A stretch of DNA of 64,000 bases, taken from Vicugna vicugna. Lineage: Eukaryota. The notes beneath the pieces are model-generated. The model was not told the origin of the DNA. It saw only the letters and a list, made by a program, of their open reading frames with translations, and did not search any database. Positions 23,901 to 36,165 of the stretch are shown piece by piece (position 1 is the stretch's first letter; the number at the start of each line of letters is the position of its first letter). The stretch is taken from NCBI GenBank assembly GCA_013265495.1, contig MU058650.1:27394-91393 (forward strand), written 5' to 3'. The position numbers and the translations under genes are program-made.

Positions 23901-24794
23901 ACCACAAAGGAGGTAAGAATATACAGTGGAGAAAAACAGCCTCTTCAACAAGTTGTGATGGGAAAACTAGGCAGCTACATGTAAACAATTAAAATTAGAA
24001 CAATTCTCTAACACCATATACAAAAACACCCTCAAAATGGATTAAAGACCTAAATATAAGACCAGATACTCTAAAACTCTTGGAGGAAAACATAGGCAAA
24101 ACACTCTTTGACATAAATTGCAGCAATATTTTTTTCGATCTGTCTCCTAGAGGAATAGAAATAAAAGCAAAAATAAGCAAATGGTAAATTCAAAACATTT
24201 TACACAACAAAGGAAACCATAAACAAAACAAAAAGACAACTTGTGCAATGGGAGAAAATATTTGCAAATGATGAGATTGAAAGGGAGTAATTTGCAAAAT
24301 ATACCAAAAGCTCATACAGCTTAACTTAAAAAAAATCAAAAAAATGAGCAGAAGACCAAAATAAACATTTCTACAAAGAAGACATACAGATGGCCAACAG
24401 GCACATGAAAACATGCTCCATATCACTCATTATCAGAGAAACACAAATCAAAACTACAATGAGGTATCACCTCGCATCAGTCAGAGTGGCCATCCTTCAA
24501 AAGTCCACAAATGATAAATGCTGGAGAGGGTGTGGAGGAAATGGAACCCTCCTACACAGGTGGTGGGAGTGTAAATTGGTACAGCCACTATGGAGAACAG
24601 TATGGATGTTCCTTAAAAACTTAAAATAGACTTATATGATCCAGCATTCCCACTCCTGGGCATATATCCAGAGAAAACTCTAATTTGAAAAGATGCATGC
24701 ACCCCAATGTTCACAACAGCACTATTTACTGTAGCCAAGACATGGAAGCAAACTAAATGTCCATCGACAGATGAGTGGTTAAAGAAGCTGTGGG

Positions 24795-24827
<33 letters not shown>

Positions 24828-25120
24828 GATATGGATATAGATATCACTATGTACATATATAGACATGCAGAGGGATATATAGGATATATAGGGATAAATT
24901 AGGAGTTTGGGATTGACATATATACACCACTGTATATAAAATAAACAAGGATCTACTATATAACACAGGGAGCTATATTCAATATCTTGTAATAACCTAT
25001 AATGGAGAAGAATCTGAAAAAGAATATATATGTATATAAATGTAAAATTGAATCACTTTGCTGTCCACCTGAAACGAATACAACATTGTAAATCAATTAT
25101 ATTTCAATAGAAAAATAGAA
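20990..25120 (+). mobile_element. 5'-truncated L1 spanning a complete but disrupted ORF2 and the 3'UTR
   Basis: ORF2 ATG at 21187 (endonuclease start ..ITLNVNG-like), FSRIDHMLGHK, RT motif SLFADDM at ~23260-23280, C-terminal [21 protein letters not shown]-rich tail at ~25105-25120; many stops and frameshifts. Confidence 0.95.
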
Positions 25121-25137
25121 AGCCTTGTTTTGTAGTA

Positions 25138-25430
25138 TGCTATGGTCTGAGATTTTGTGTCCCCCTCTACCTCCTGCCACCACTGGGCAAATTCATATAC
25201 TGGAATTCTTACATCCAATGTGTTACTGTTAGAAGGTGGGGCCTGTGGGAGATAATTCTGTCACAGAGGTGGTACCCTCCTGAATGAGATTGGAGAGTCC
25301 ACAGAGCTTCTTAGCTTCTTCCAACACATGAAGATACAAGGAAACGTTTGCAGCCTCACCTGACCACACCGGCACCTGATCTCAGACTTCCAGAACTCTA
25401 AGAAATAAATTTCTGTTGTTGATAAGTCCA
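25138..25430 (+). mobile_element. MaLR (MLT1-like) LTR
   Basis: TGCTATGGTCTGA..TGTGTCCCC..CAAATTCATAT...GGTGGGGCCT...GGCACCTGATCTCAGACTTCCAGAACT..AGAAATAAATTTCTGTTGTT. Confidence 0.8.
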
Positions 25431-26904
25431 CTTCAAGCTACCAAAGTGAAGTCACTGATGGCCTGGTTGAGAAAAGATGCTCATACTTGGATGTCAGGGA
25501 CCTCTGCCTCTAGCACACTCCCGTCTGATTAAAATCACTGCTGTGTGCATGACATGTAGGCCGTGAATGTAATGATCCACTCTTGAAATATTCATAGAAC
25601 ACAAATTCATTTTATTTTCAGCCGTTTTGTACAACTCAATGTGAATTAACCTGTTTAAGACATGTTCATGTTCAATCATTGCTTATAATGAATTATGTTA
25701 TCATGTTTATTTTTAGTGTGTTTTTCACTTCGGGCTTGTCTGGGATGAGGCAGTCAAGTAGCAGCTGGAGAAAGGATGGGGAGGCCAAAAAGGTGCATCC
25801 AGTCATATGCTGGCCAGTTGGTATATGCCTTGAGCCAGGTCCCATTTTCCAAATCATAGTCCCTGAGGGCATTTTGCGGTCAATACAGTTACTAAAATTC
25901 CAGTTAGCCATTTGGAAATCACGAATTTTGGTCCAACTAAGAATTCCATGTGTTTAATATAGAATACAGTTACCTCAAGAGTTCATTCAATAGTTCCCTG
26001 GGGACAAGTGGCTGTTTATTTAAGCCCTTCTAGACTACAGCCATGTTGGCTGAGTCCTGAGCAATCAATGGGACACCTGGGACTTCTCTTCAGTGACACC
26101 AAGGTGAGTTCACAGGCATCTTGGACTCTGACAGGTTCTTCTGCCCAAGCTGCCCCTTCTGGATACTAGTCCTGCTTTCTCTAATACCAGCATGAGTGTC
26201 CATCCTTATTATCAAAGCTGTCTCATGCTAAAAATGTTTTACAAACACATGTCCATAACTAACTACCATATGATGCCTTCCATTTTCTTCCCCTTTATTC
26301 TCCAAAACACATATGTAAATAGTAAAATCAATGTCTTCTCTTTCCCTATCTGTGTTTTGTTTTCTGTCTATTCTTTCTTCTTCCTATTATTTTTCCTCCT
26401 ATGACACTGCTTCCAAAAGTATTATTAGAAAGTCCACTGGGGAATATGAATATATTCTGACTTTTTTTTTTTAAATAACAACAACAAAATGCTAACAAAA
26501 CTTGGCTTGATTGGCACTGAGAAGATACAATGCAGGAAGATAAAGATTCTTAGTGATCTTTCTGCCCATCATGCCTTTACAACCCTATTAACAACCCAAA
26601 ACAATGACAAAGCAATCCTGTTCTCCAAAAAGGAAGTCAGCAGAGAGAGCCTGGGCCAGCTGGGGAGGCCTTGCTCCCTCCCCTGGACAGGCTGATGGCT
26701 CTGCATGCTCCTCCATCTGGAAGGACTGGTGTGAGAGGGCTGTGCCAGCTGTTGCAGGGCTACACACACATGGAGAGCTCCCCTGCTCTGGGGATGCTAG
26801 GATGTCAGGATGCTTGGAAGTTTTTTGCCTTTTCCACTTTTCTTCTTTCCCCTCAGTCTTTTCGATGGGAAAGAAAAAGCCTAAAAGCAAACGATTGCTG
26901 GGTG

Positions 26905-27915
26905 CACCAATTTAAATTTCCACAAACAGTGTGTGAGGGTTCTTTTCTTCACATCTTCACCAACATTTGTTATTTGTGTTCTTTTTGATGATAGCCATTC
27001 TGATCAATGTAAGGTGATGTCTCATGGTTTTGATTTGCATTTCCCTGATGATTAACAATGTTGTGCATGTTTAATGAGTCTGTTGGCAATCTGCATTTTC
27101 TCTTTGGAGAAATGTCTATTCAGTTTTGATGCCCATATTAAAATCAGGTTGTTTGTTTTTTTTTTATGTTGAGTTGTATGTGCTGTTATATATGTTGGAT
27201 ATTAATCCCTTATCAAATCATTTGCAAATAATTTCTCCATTAAGTCATCCTTTTGTTCTGTTAATGGTTTCCTTTATTGTGTAAAAGCTTTTAAGTTGAA
27301 TTAGGTTCCATTTGTTTATTTTTGCTTTTATTTCCTTTACTTTAAGAGATGGAGCCAAAAAAATTGCTTTGATTTATGTAACACAGTGTTCTTCCTATGA
27401 TTTTTCTCTTGGAGATTTAAAGTATACAGTTTTCCATCTTCCATGTAGGTCTTTAAACATACATTCATGATAAAAATTCTCATCAAAGTGGGTAAAGAGG
27501 GAACACATCTCAACACAATATAACTATTTATGACAACCCACAGCCAACATAATAATCCTTGGTAAAATAATATTCACCATTTTTATTCAGCATAGTATGG
27601 AATGTCCTAGCCATATCAATCAGAGAGAATTTTTGAAACAAAAGGGATCCAAATTGGAAGAGTAGAGATAAAATTGTCACTATATGCAGATGACATGATA
27701 CTATACATAGAAAACTCTAATGACTCCACACAAAAACTACCAGAGCCGATTAACAAATTCAGAAAGGTAGCAGGATAGATCACTATACAGAAATATTTTG
27801 CATTTCTTTACACTAACAATGAAATATCAAAAAAGGAAAGTAATAAAACAATCCCTTTTAAAAATCACATCAAAAAATAAAATAATTAGGAATAAACCTG
27901 ACCAAGAGGTGAATA
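26905..27915 (-). mobile_element. L1 ORF2 fragment with strand switch at ~27460 (probable 5' inversion)
   Basis: Antisense ORF2 3' region to ~27460, then a sense RT region containing TATGCAGATGACATG (YADDM). Confidence 0.8.
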
Positions 27916-28169
27916 AACATTTGTTTTATATTTGTATCCAGTAAATCTATTATCTGAAGTACTCAAGGATACCAACATTTGGACTATGCTGTATCCATTG
28001 ATATTTGATCATGTTACTTATAATTTTTTTTTAATTTTGAGCTTGTCTTTAGTAAGGCTTTATTTGTGTGGACCTTGCATGGTCAGACTTAAGGTTTTTA
28101 TCCTTCAAGAAGATTTATTTGGGGTTCTTTTTGATTTATTTTATTATCAATTCTCCCATTCTATCCACT

Positions 28170-28620
28170 AAAAAGCCTTTAATGAGAACCTATTATGAAC
28201 AACCCATTTCCCAGTTGATTGAGATATATTAGTAAATAAAAGACCACAAAAATTCCTGTTGTCTTGGCACTTACAATCTAGTCAGGGGAGAAAGTAAATA
28301 ATAAATAAGAAGCTATATCCTTTACTTAGGAGGCGGTAAGTCTTCAGAAAACGGTAGAAGTGAGTCAGAAGTAAGGAGATTGGGGATGGGTAGATGGTTT
28401 ACAATTCTAAATTGGGTGGTCAGAGAAGTCCTCGCTGAGAAGAAGACAGTTTGGCAAAGATTTGATTGAGTGAGATATCTTGCAATGCACCTATATGGGG
28501 AAAGAGCATTCAAGGTGGAGAGTAGAGGCCATAAGAGGCATTCAGATCAGAAATATGGCCAGTGTGTTCACGGGATGAGAAAGAAGGCAACATGGATTAA
28601 GCAGAGTGGGTGAGAGAAAG
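28170..28620 (-). mobile_element. L2 fragment (contains the 46-bp donor of the insert at 8525-8570)
   Basis: CTTACAATCTAGTCAGGGGAGA...GGGTGGTCAGAGAAGTCCTC.CTGAG...GGGGAAAGAGCATTC is a typical antisense L2 3' region. Confidence 0.7.
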
Positions 28621-29184
28621 ACCACTTTTAAAAGATAAAATATTTTTAATTAATTTATTGCTTCAAAATTTCCTAGACCCAACAGGTAATATATATCTGT
28701 ACTTTAAAATTATATGAGAACAGGTCTACAATTTTGATTCTCAGACCCTTAATTTAATTTTTTATGACCAACTGCCCTGCCTGAACAAACTCTATATTAT
28801 CAACTGTTGATGGTGAATGAATTTTCTAATATACTCTTTCAGTGAAGTTATAGCACTTCAAGGGTTGAGAAACTTTCTGGGCATTTCAACTCCAACTTCA
28901 GTCTTGCTCAGAACCAAGACCTATTTCCCTATTCTCAGTAGTCACTTAAACTTATGCTCCTTGGTCCTTGAGGCTGGAAAATTCCCCAGGGAGACCCCAG
29001 TGTTAGCTCGCACTAGCCACTCCAACTTTCAGTTTCTTTTTCATTCCTGACCTCTGTCCATTTCACTTTCTTGAAATCTGAAATGTGTGCTTAAAATAAT
29101 GTTTGTAATATTTTATCTAGTATTTTGAAGTTGCTTCTCAGGCAGTACAGTTTATCATGTATCTATAAACAAAAGTTCAAAAAC

Positions 29185-29530
29185 ATTTATAAAGCATTTC
29201 CTCTGAGTTACCGGGGAAATAGAGATAAATATGGTATATTTTCCTTGCCTGAAGGAACTCACTTTCTAAGGTAGACAAGAAAAACACATAATTATGTTCA
29301 AGCGTGATCATTGCTCTGATAAAGGCTATTAAAAATTGCCACGCAAACAGAATTAATTCTGTCAGGCTGAAATGCAATGGTTAATCTGAGCCTAGAATTG
29401 GTAGCAGCCTGCTGGATGGAGGAAAAGAGCTTCTTTGTTCAAAGTTTAGGGGCATGAAGCATGTCCTTAGGACAGAGTGACCAGACTTGAGTACCCAAGT
29501 GATGGTGCCTTGGGGAAGGAGGCAGACATG
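29185..29530 (-). mobile_element. L2 fragment
   Basis: CCTTGCCTGAAGGAACTCACTTTCTA.. antisense L2 signature. Confidence 0.5.
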
Positions 29531-29819
29531 GGAACATTACGTGCCAAAAAGGTTAAAATTGGGGGGAGGGGAGAGAGGACAAAAAGGAAAATTTTCTTAT
29601 TTAAAATTTTATCTTAATCCCATCCCTGAATGCCAGGTGAAACATTAGAGTTTAAAGAAGCCTGTTTTCCTTAGAAAGCAATGTCTACCAGTTATGGAAT
29701 CCAGTACCTGTCTACCAGTATCAGCAAGATTCTCCCGTAACAACCAAGAACTCTCTCTGAAAAATGACTTCCTGAGTTTTCTTGCCAGAATTTCAAGCCT
29801 TATCTTTTATGACTTTCTG

Positions 29820-29933
29820 TAGGGTGACCAGCCAGCCTGACTCACCGAGGACTGAGGGAGTACCCAGGACATAGGACTTTGAATTCTAAAACGAGGTAAG
29901 TCCTGGGCAAACTGGGAGGAGTTGATCACCCTA
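29820..29933. mobile_element. MER81-like hAT (Blackjack) MITE
   Basis: 114 bp with termini TAGGGTGACCA...TGATCACCCTA and internal GGGAC/GTCC repeats. Confidence 0.8.
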
Positions 29934-30208
29934 GATATTCCACTAGAATGTTAGCTTCCTAAGAGCAGCAGAATGTTTAGAATATTGCCTGGCATATAGG
30001 AGATGTTAATAAGCATTTGGTAAATGAATACATAAGTGAATGAATATTTTTACCACACAGGAAACACCCAAGGGAATGCAGCTAAATCCTTAGCTATGGA
30101 CATTGGAACAGTGCTTAGGCCAATTGTTTCCAGGGGCCAGGGCCACTGTAAGAGAAGCCAAAGACAGTCACTCAGGACTTAGAGAAATCACAATGAGAAA
30201 AATTAGAT

Positions 30209-30345
30209 GGGGGCAGGGTGTAGCTCAAGTGGCAGAGCACATGCCTAGCATGCACAAGGGCCTGGGTTCAATCCCCAGCACCTCCTCTGAAAATAAATAA
30301 ATAAACCTAGTTACCTATAAACCCCCACCCCCAACACACACACGA
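30209..30345 (+). mobile_element. tRNA(Ala)-derived SINE, Vic-1-like (camelid)
   Basis: GGGGGCAGGGTGTAGCTCAAGTGGCAGAGC (A box)..GGTTCAATCCC (B box)..AAATAAATAAATAAACC; 12-bp TSD AGAAAAATTAGA at 30196-30207 and 30346-30357. Confidence 0.85.
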
Positions 30346-31386
30346 AGAAAAATTAGAGAGGCATTTCCTATGGGCTATTCAGATTATTTGGAGAATAACC
30401 TTTTGAAGGATTAATGATGAAGGTTCCTCCTCGTCTTCTGGTGAACAAGGTGATGGCATATCTCCATTATTTCTCTTCATTATATTTATACTTTTTGGTG
30501 AGTTTTATTGCTAATGGAAACTATTGTATAACTTAGTTTCTTCTTATGTAATTTAAAGATTAAAAAATTGCCAAATTTTTCTCTCTAGACCACTTGAATT
30601 TCTATAGTCTTGTATTAAGTGCTTCCAGGATGTGAAGGCAGTGGGGTAAAGTGAGGCAGGGGATTTTGTCTTCACTATAGTATGTACTTCCTGAGCTGTT
30701 TAGAGGACAGAATGCTATTTGAAGGGACATTTGAAGGGACAAGGGACTTAGGCCTTTGTAATAGGGCATAGTCAACATAAGAAATATACTTTTGATCCCA
30801 TAGTATATTTCAAATATATTTTATAAAGGTGCAAAAGAGTCTAAAAATATGAAAAATGGAAGTAGGATTCGGTCCTATTATTCTGCTTAATGCTGAGGGT
30901 TCCTCCTTTCCCAACTCGGGCTTTATTTTCCTTTTGGAAATAATGGTGTCCACGCTGACAACATTGGCAGCTGGGGTAGATTCCTGATTTGTAAAAATGA
31001 ATCCAATTAATTTGAATCATTTTCTTCACTTTGATTTATGTGAATGTGATTTTGGAATAGCCATAGCGTGTGTGTGTGTGTGTGTGTGTGTGTATGTATA
31101 ATTTCAAGAGAGGAATGTAACATAGTTATACTAAATTTACCTATCCTGTTCTCAAGGATTAATCCAAAAATTCCAGTTTAGGAATCCCAGTGTTTTTTTC
31201 AGGATGACTAATGCTGAACAGGAGGAAAGGGAGTGTCATTGGCACAATTTTGAAACCTGTCAAGTCACTTAAAGGGACTAAATAATCTTATTTATGTTTT
31301 TTCTTAAAGTCATTCTCTGTTTTCATCAAATATGAAACAAGAAAGATACTCAATTTTAGAAATGTTAGAAATATGTAACACATAGA

Positions 31387-31568
31387 AATATGGGGAGCTC
31401 AAAACCCTTTTTGAGATAGCAGAGGAAAACAGATCAAATCAAAACAGAATATGGAGAGCTCTATGGTACGCTATATTCCTGAAGTAAACTTTAGTTCCTC
31501 TACAATGAAAAGGAATGTGCTGCAAAACCCTTTTTGAGATAGCAGAGGAAAACAGATCAAATCAAAAC
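31387..31568 (+). repeat. Local 46-bp duplication inserted between 14-bp direct repeats
   Basis: 31400-31445 is identical to 31523-31568; flanks AATATGGGGAGCTC (31387-31400) and AATATGGAGAGCTC (31448-31461). Confidence 0.92.
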
Positions 31569-33310
31569 TGAAACAGAAATAGTGTTTAATCAAATATGGA
31601 TAGTGAAGGGATAAATTTAATCTATAAAATAGAACAGGACAGCATGACAGGATAGGTTTTAATCCTTTTACAGGGAAGAGGGTACATGGTAAGCTGGAAA
31701 TTTTTGCAATTACTGACATTGGTGATGTGTAGGAAAGGCAAGAAAAAGTAATGAAACCAATTTTTCTCTCACTTGCACTAGAGCCTTTTTCAGGTCTTTG
31801 AATCTAGAGAGTGGTAGAAAATTATTGCAAAGAAATCTAGTGCTAAAAAACACCACCAAGACATTAAGAAATCTAATAAAATTATCAGGATGGAATAGGG
31901 AGCGGAGAGTGGAGTTAAAAATTTAGAAAGTTCTGTTTATAAAACACTTTTCTTAAGGCCAACTGCCTGTGTTGTACAGTTCCTTCCCCTCCATCCCTTC
32001 ATTCAACAGTCTGTAGCATCATGTTAGAAAAGATGGTGTGTCTGAAGCTCTTGGGGCCCAACATTCACATGACTCACTGTGGATTTGAATGAGGAGGGTC
32101 AGCTATTTCTTACTTGGTCACTCGTATAGTTCCTAAAATATACTCCTTTTTTTTTGAATAAAACTTTCTGTCTTCTTTTTTCTAAAGTTGACATTTCCAA
32201 TAAGATATTTTTATGTATTTTAAAATCATTCTTTGCCAGGTGGAAATTAAGCAGTGCTGGAGAGAAAGCAAATGGCAACAATCAGATTATTATCCTACAG
32301 TTTCTGTCTTAATTATCTTCATCCTGGGGCAACTATCTCTGGGTCCTAATTCTTTCTGCGGCAAATTACATCTTTCAGAACCTTACCTGAATCTTTACCT
32401 CTGTGACCTCCTAATGTAACCGCTCTGGTCTGGTCTCTCTACATATGATTGCCTTTCCTAATGTTGATTCACTATCCCATTCTTGACATGGATTTCTCTC
32501 ATAGACTGAGACTCTGTGAATCTGCCTCCTCCCTCTTCCTTTCTCTCACCTTTCCTGCCCTCCTCAGCCTCCTTTTCCCCACCACCATTCTCATTTGCTC
32601 ACTTACAAGGAAACCCTCCCCAAACAGCTAACATTCTTCAGTCATGGTAAATGTCTCTCCACAGGCTTTGCCTTTGCTTAGACACATTGAGGGAAATGCA
32701 GAACAACTGTTATTTAATCACATCATCCTGTAAGTTATTTGTTCATAGAGGGACTTATAAAAATTAATCCATAGGGAAAACACTGCATAAACCAAGAGCT
32801 CCCGAGTCACTAAAGTGGGTGAAAATTTTCTTTCTACCAATTCTAAATTTACAAGTCTTCCCAATTAGTCTCACATAGCAGAGTTCACTTAGAAGAAACT
32901 TCTGTCAAATTTGAAAATACTTGGGGCAGTTAGAAGATGACTAATCACCTGCCTCTGGAGTTACTTGTCTTATAAACCCCACTGAAATCTAATTACCATG
33001 GACTGCTGGACTTCAAGTGACTCCTGGCTCGCTGAAGTAACCAAGCCCATAATTTACCTGTGCCCCATGCAGTCAGTTAAATGAGAGGCTCTTTTGTGAG
33101 ATGACTGCCCTGGGGAACTGGTGTTTACCTAATTAGGGCCTTTATGTGACCATATTGTTTATGAATCTGTTCAAGATATTCCTAAATCACCCAGCAGCCA
33201 TCCCCTAGTGGCTCCCTTTTTTGCCTTCCAAGTCCTTTAAGTACAGTGGCAAAGCAGAATCAAAAGAAACGGTGAGGCAAGGTTATTTTGTGGCTTTTTT
33301 TTTTTTTTTT

Positions 33311-33632
33311 NNNNNNNNNNNNNNNNNNNNNNNNNNNNNNNNNNNNNNNNNNNNNNNNNNNNNNNNNNNNNNNNNNNNNNNNNNNNNNNNNNNNNNNNNN
33401 NNNNNNNNNNNNNNNNNNNNNNNNNNNNNNNNNNNNNNNNNNNNNNNNNNNNNNNNNNNNNNNNNNNNNNNNNNNNNNNNNNNNNNNNNNNNNNNNNNNN
33501 NNNNNNNNNNNNNNNNNNNNNNNNNNNNNNNNNNNNNNNNNNNNNNNNNNNNNNNNNNNNNNNNNNNNNNNNNNNNNNNNNNNNNNNNNNNNNNNNNNNN
33601 NNNNNNNNNNNNNNNNNNNNNNNNNNNNNNNN
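33311..33632. other. Assembly gap (N run) preceded by poly-T
   Basis: 322 Ns. Confidence 1.
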
Positions 33633-34618
33633 CACCGTGTCTTCCTCATATCATTCCACCTGAACTTCTGAGATTCTAGAGTGGCTTTAGATCTCTAAGG
33701 TCAAGATGTGCTGCCATAGTCAGATCACTCAGCACTGTTGGTGATCACTCACTTGCTCACATGAAGCTATAGGAAAGCAGACTTTTAGCTAATTAGAAAG
33801 AAACTGCTGAAACCATCAAAAATGTAATGTTATGTGAAAGCCTCTTTTTCAAATACTTTGTGAACGTTTTTAGGAATGTTTAAAAACAGGACAGAATCCT
33901 CTTGCATTTTTTTCAGGGTGAAATGCTTTCCTGACAGTCTATCTGAGATTCAGAGTCCCCCATTATGCTAATGATATTTAAATTCCCCAGGCAAGGGAAG
34001 GGGAGGGAAAGAGAAGGGTCCTGACTTGAGCTAGGTTTTTGGAACTCTGGGGTGGTACCTATTTTGGGGGAGTGGCACTAAGACAGGAATTACATTTGGT
34101 GTCCAGAGTAGAAGTAGGTAAAAGCTAGAGCCAAACACTAGATTGAACACAACAATTGGTCTGAAGAGGGAAAGAGAAAAAAAAAAAATCAAAGACCCAA
34201 GACCGTGGTTGGAGACAACATGATAGAGCAAGTGGATTTTGGAGAGTGGATGGTGGGTAAAGGAATGCGCCAGTTTGGACACTGTCTGTGGCCACTCTTG
34301 AGAGATAAGGGAACTTATAAGTGTGCTGGGAAGATTAGCTTCTTTGTTATTTGGACTTGGACTTGAGATAGGTTTAAGAGTAAAGTGTAGAATAGGAAGC
34401 TCATTCTAGCTTCTAGTCATACCTGGAAGCATAACTGCTCTTGAAGACACACAAGGTCACTAAAAGCTGGCAGAGGCACCCACAGCCAAGGTCAGCTTTG
34501 GGAAAAAAAGGTGAAGTAGTAAATTTTTTCAGAATTGTTCTCCCATCTTCTTCATTTCCAAATGGCATGTCACTTAGATATGGTGGAAGGTGGGGATGAG
34601 GAGCATCCATAAGAAATT

Positions 34619-34668
34619 TCTCATCATTTAGGTTAAGTGGTTCTCTCATCATTTAGGTTAAGTGGTTC
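34619..34668 (+). repeat. Perfect 25-bp tandem duplication
   Basis: TCTCATCATTTAGGTTAAGTGGTTC x2. Confidence 0.9.
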
Positions 34669-35040
34669 TTAAAACGTGGTCCCAGGACCCCTGGGGATTT
34701 TTCTCAAGTGTGCAATGGTATTTCCCAGCGTGATATGGTAACAGATTAGATACATAAACAGGTACAGGAATTTGGCTGTCTTCTATTGTGCCATTTATTA
34801 TTGCAAAATCAATGTCTCTCTTACTATTATTTTTGCTTTGTTAAATTTAGTTTTTCTTCTTAAAAATACATTATTCATATAAACACATGTATTTATTATT
34901 GTTAGTTTTAAATAAAATTTTAAAAACATTCCTCAGTTTTAACTTTTAATACGGTTTACCATATAAGCAAAAACTTTTGGGGCCCTAAATAATCTTTGTG
35001 AGAATAAAGAGATCTGGAGACCAGAAAGTAGGAAACGTTA
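34660..35040. mobile_element. hAT-Charlie (Charlie1-like) non-autonomous DNA transposon
   Basis: Starts AGTGGTTCTTAAAACGTGGTCCCAGGACCCCTGGGG; internal CTGTCTTCTATT; end region GCAAAAACTTTTGGGG..CTGGAGACCAGAAAGT. Confidence 0.65.
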
Positions 35041-35139
35041 CTTTAGGACGATTCATGTCCATGCTCCTTGTTCTCGTAGTAGGTAAACCAGTGGCATCTG
35101 GTTCTGTGATGTAGTGTTGAGGGCTCCATGTAGGCTTTT

Positions 35140-36165
35140 CTTAAAATTTGAAATATAAAGTCAGTTTACAATGTGTCAACTTCTGATGTACATCATAATG
35201 TTTCAGTTATACATACACATATCTGCGAGGCTGTTTCTGTTTTGTAGATAAGTTAGTGTTTTCTTTTTTTAGATTCCACATATGAGCGACCTCATATGGT
35301 ATTTTTCACCTCTTTCTGGCTTACTTCACTTAGAATGACTATCTCCAGGTCCATCCAAGTTGCTGCAAATGGCATTATTTTATTCTTTACATGGCTGAGT
35401 AGTATTCCATTGTATAAATATACCATAACTTCATTACCCAGTCATCTGTTGATGGACATTTAGGTTGTATCCATGTCTTGGCTACTGAATATAGTGCTGC
35501 TATGAATACTGGAGTGCATGTATCTTTTCAGATTAGAGTTCCCCCGGGATATATGCCCAGGAGTGGGATTGCTAGATCATATGGTAATTTTATTTTTAGT
35601 TTTTTGAGGAATCTCCAAACTGTTTCCCACAATGGCTGCATCAAACTACATTGCCACCAACAATATGCGAGGCTTCCCTTTTCTCCACACCCTCTCTGGC
35701 ATTTATCGTTTGTGGACTTTTTTGAGTGATGGCCATTCTAACTGGTGTGAGGTGATCTCATTCTAGTTTTGATTTGCATTTCTCTTAGATTAGCGATATT
35801 GAGCATTTTTTCATGTGCCCATTGGGCATTTGTATGTCTTCATTGGAGAATTGCTTGCTTAGGTCTCCTGCCCATTTTTGCATTGGGCTGTTTGCTTTTT
35901 TGTTATTAAGTTTATGAGTTGTTTTATATACTCTGAAAATTAAATAGGTTGTTGTTTTGTTCTGCTTATGGCTTCCTTTGCTGTGCAAAAGCTCATAACT
36001 TTAATTAGGTCCAGTTTGTTTCTTTTTGCTTTTATTTCTATTGCCTGGGTGGACTGCCTTAGGAGAATATTGCTAAGATTTATGTCAGAGAAAGTTTCGC
36101 CTATATTTTCTTCTAGGAGGTTTGTCATGTCTTGTCTTACATTTAACTCTTTAAGCCATTTTGCG
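35140..36165 (-). mobile_element. L1 3' fragment
   Basis: Antisense 3'UTR plus ORF2 C-terminal peptides ([34 protein letters not shown]). Confidence 0.9.

Noticed and set aside
30209..30285. tRNA-Ala gene
   Set aside because: Has a SINE tail and TSD and an imperfect acceptor stem; it is a SINE.
8504..31461. Repeat-spacer-repeat units (8504, 11001, 31387), each with a 47-bp insert, as a CRISPR-like system
   Set aside because: The repeats are unrelated to each other, each occurs only twice, the DNA is eukaryotic, and the 11001 unit is an ordinary L1 tail with a TSD.
33221..33679. 127-152 aa ORFs
   Set aside because: Artefacts of translating through the N gap.
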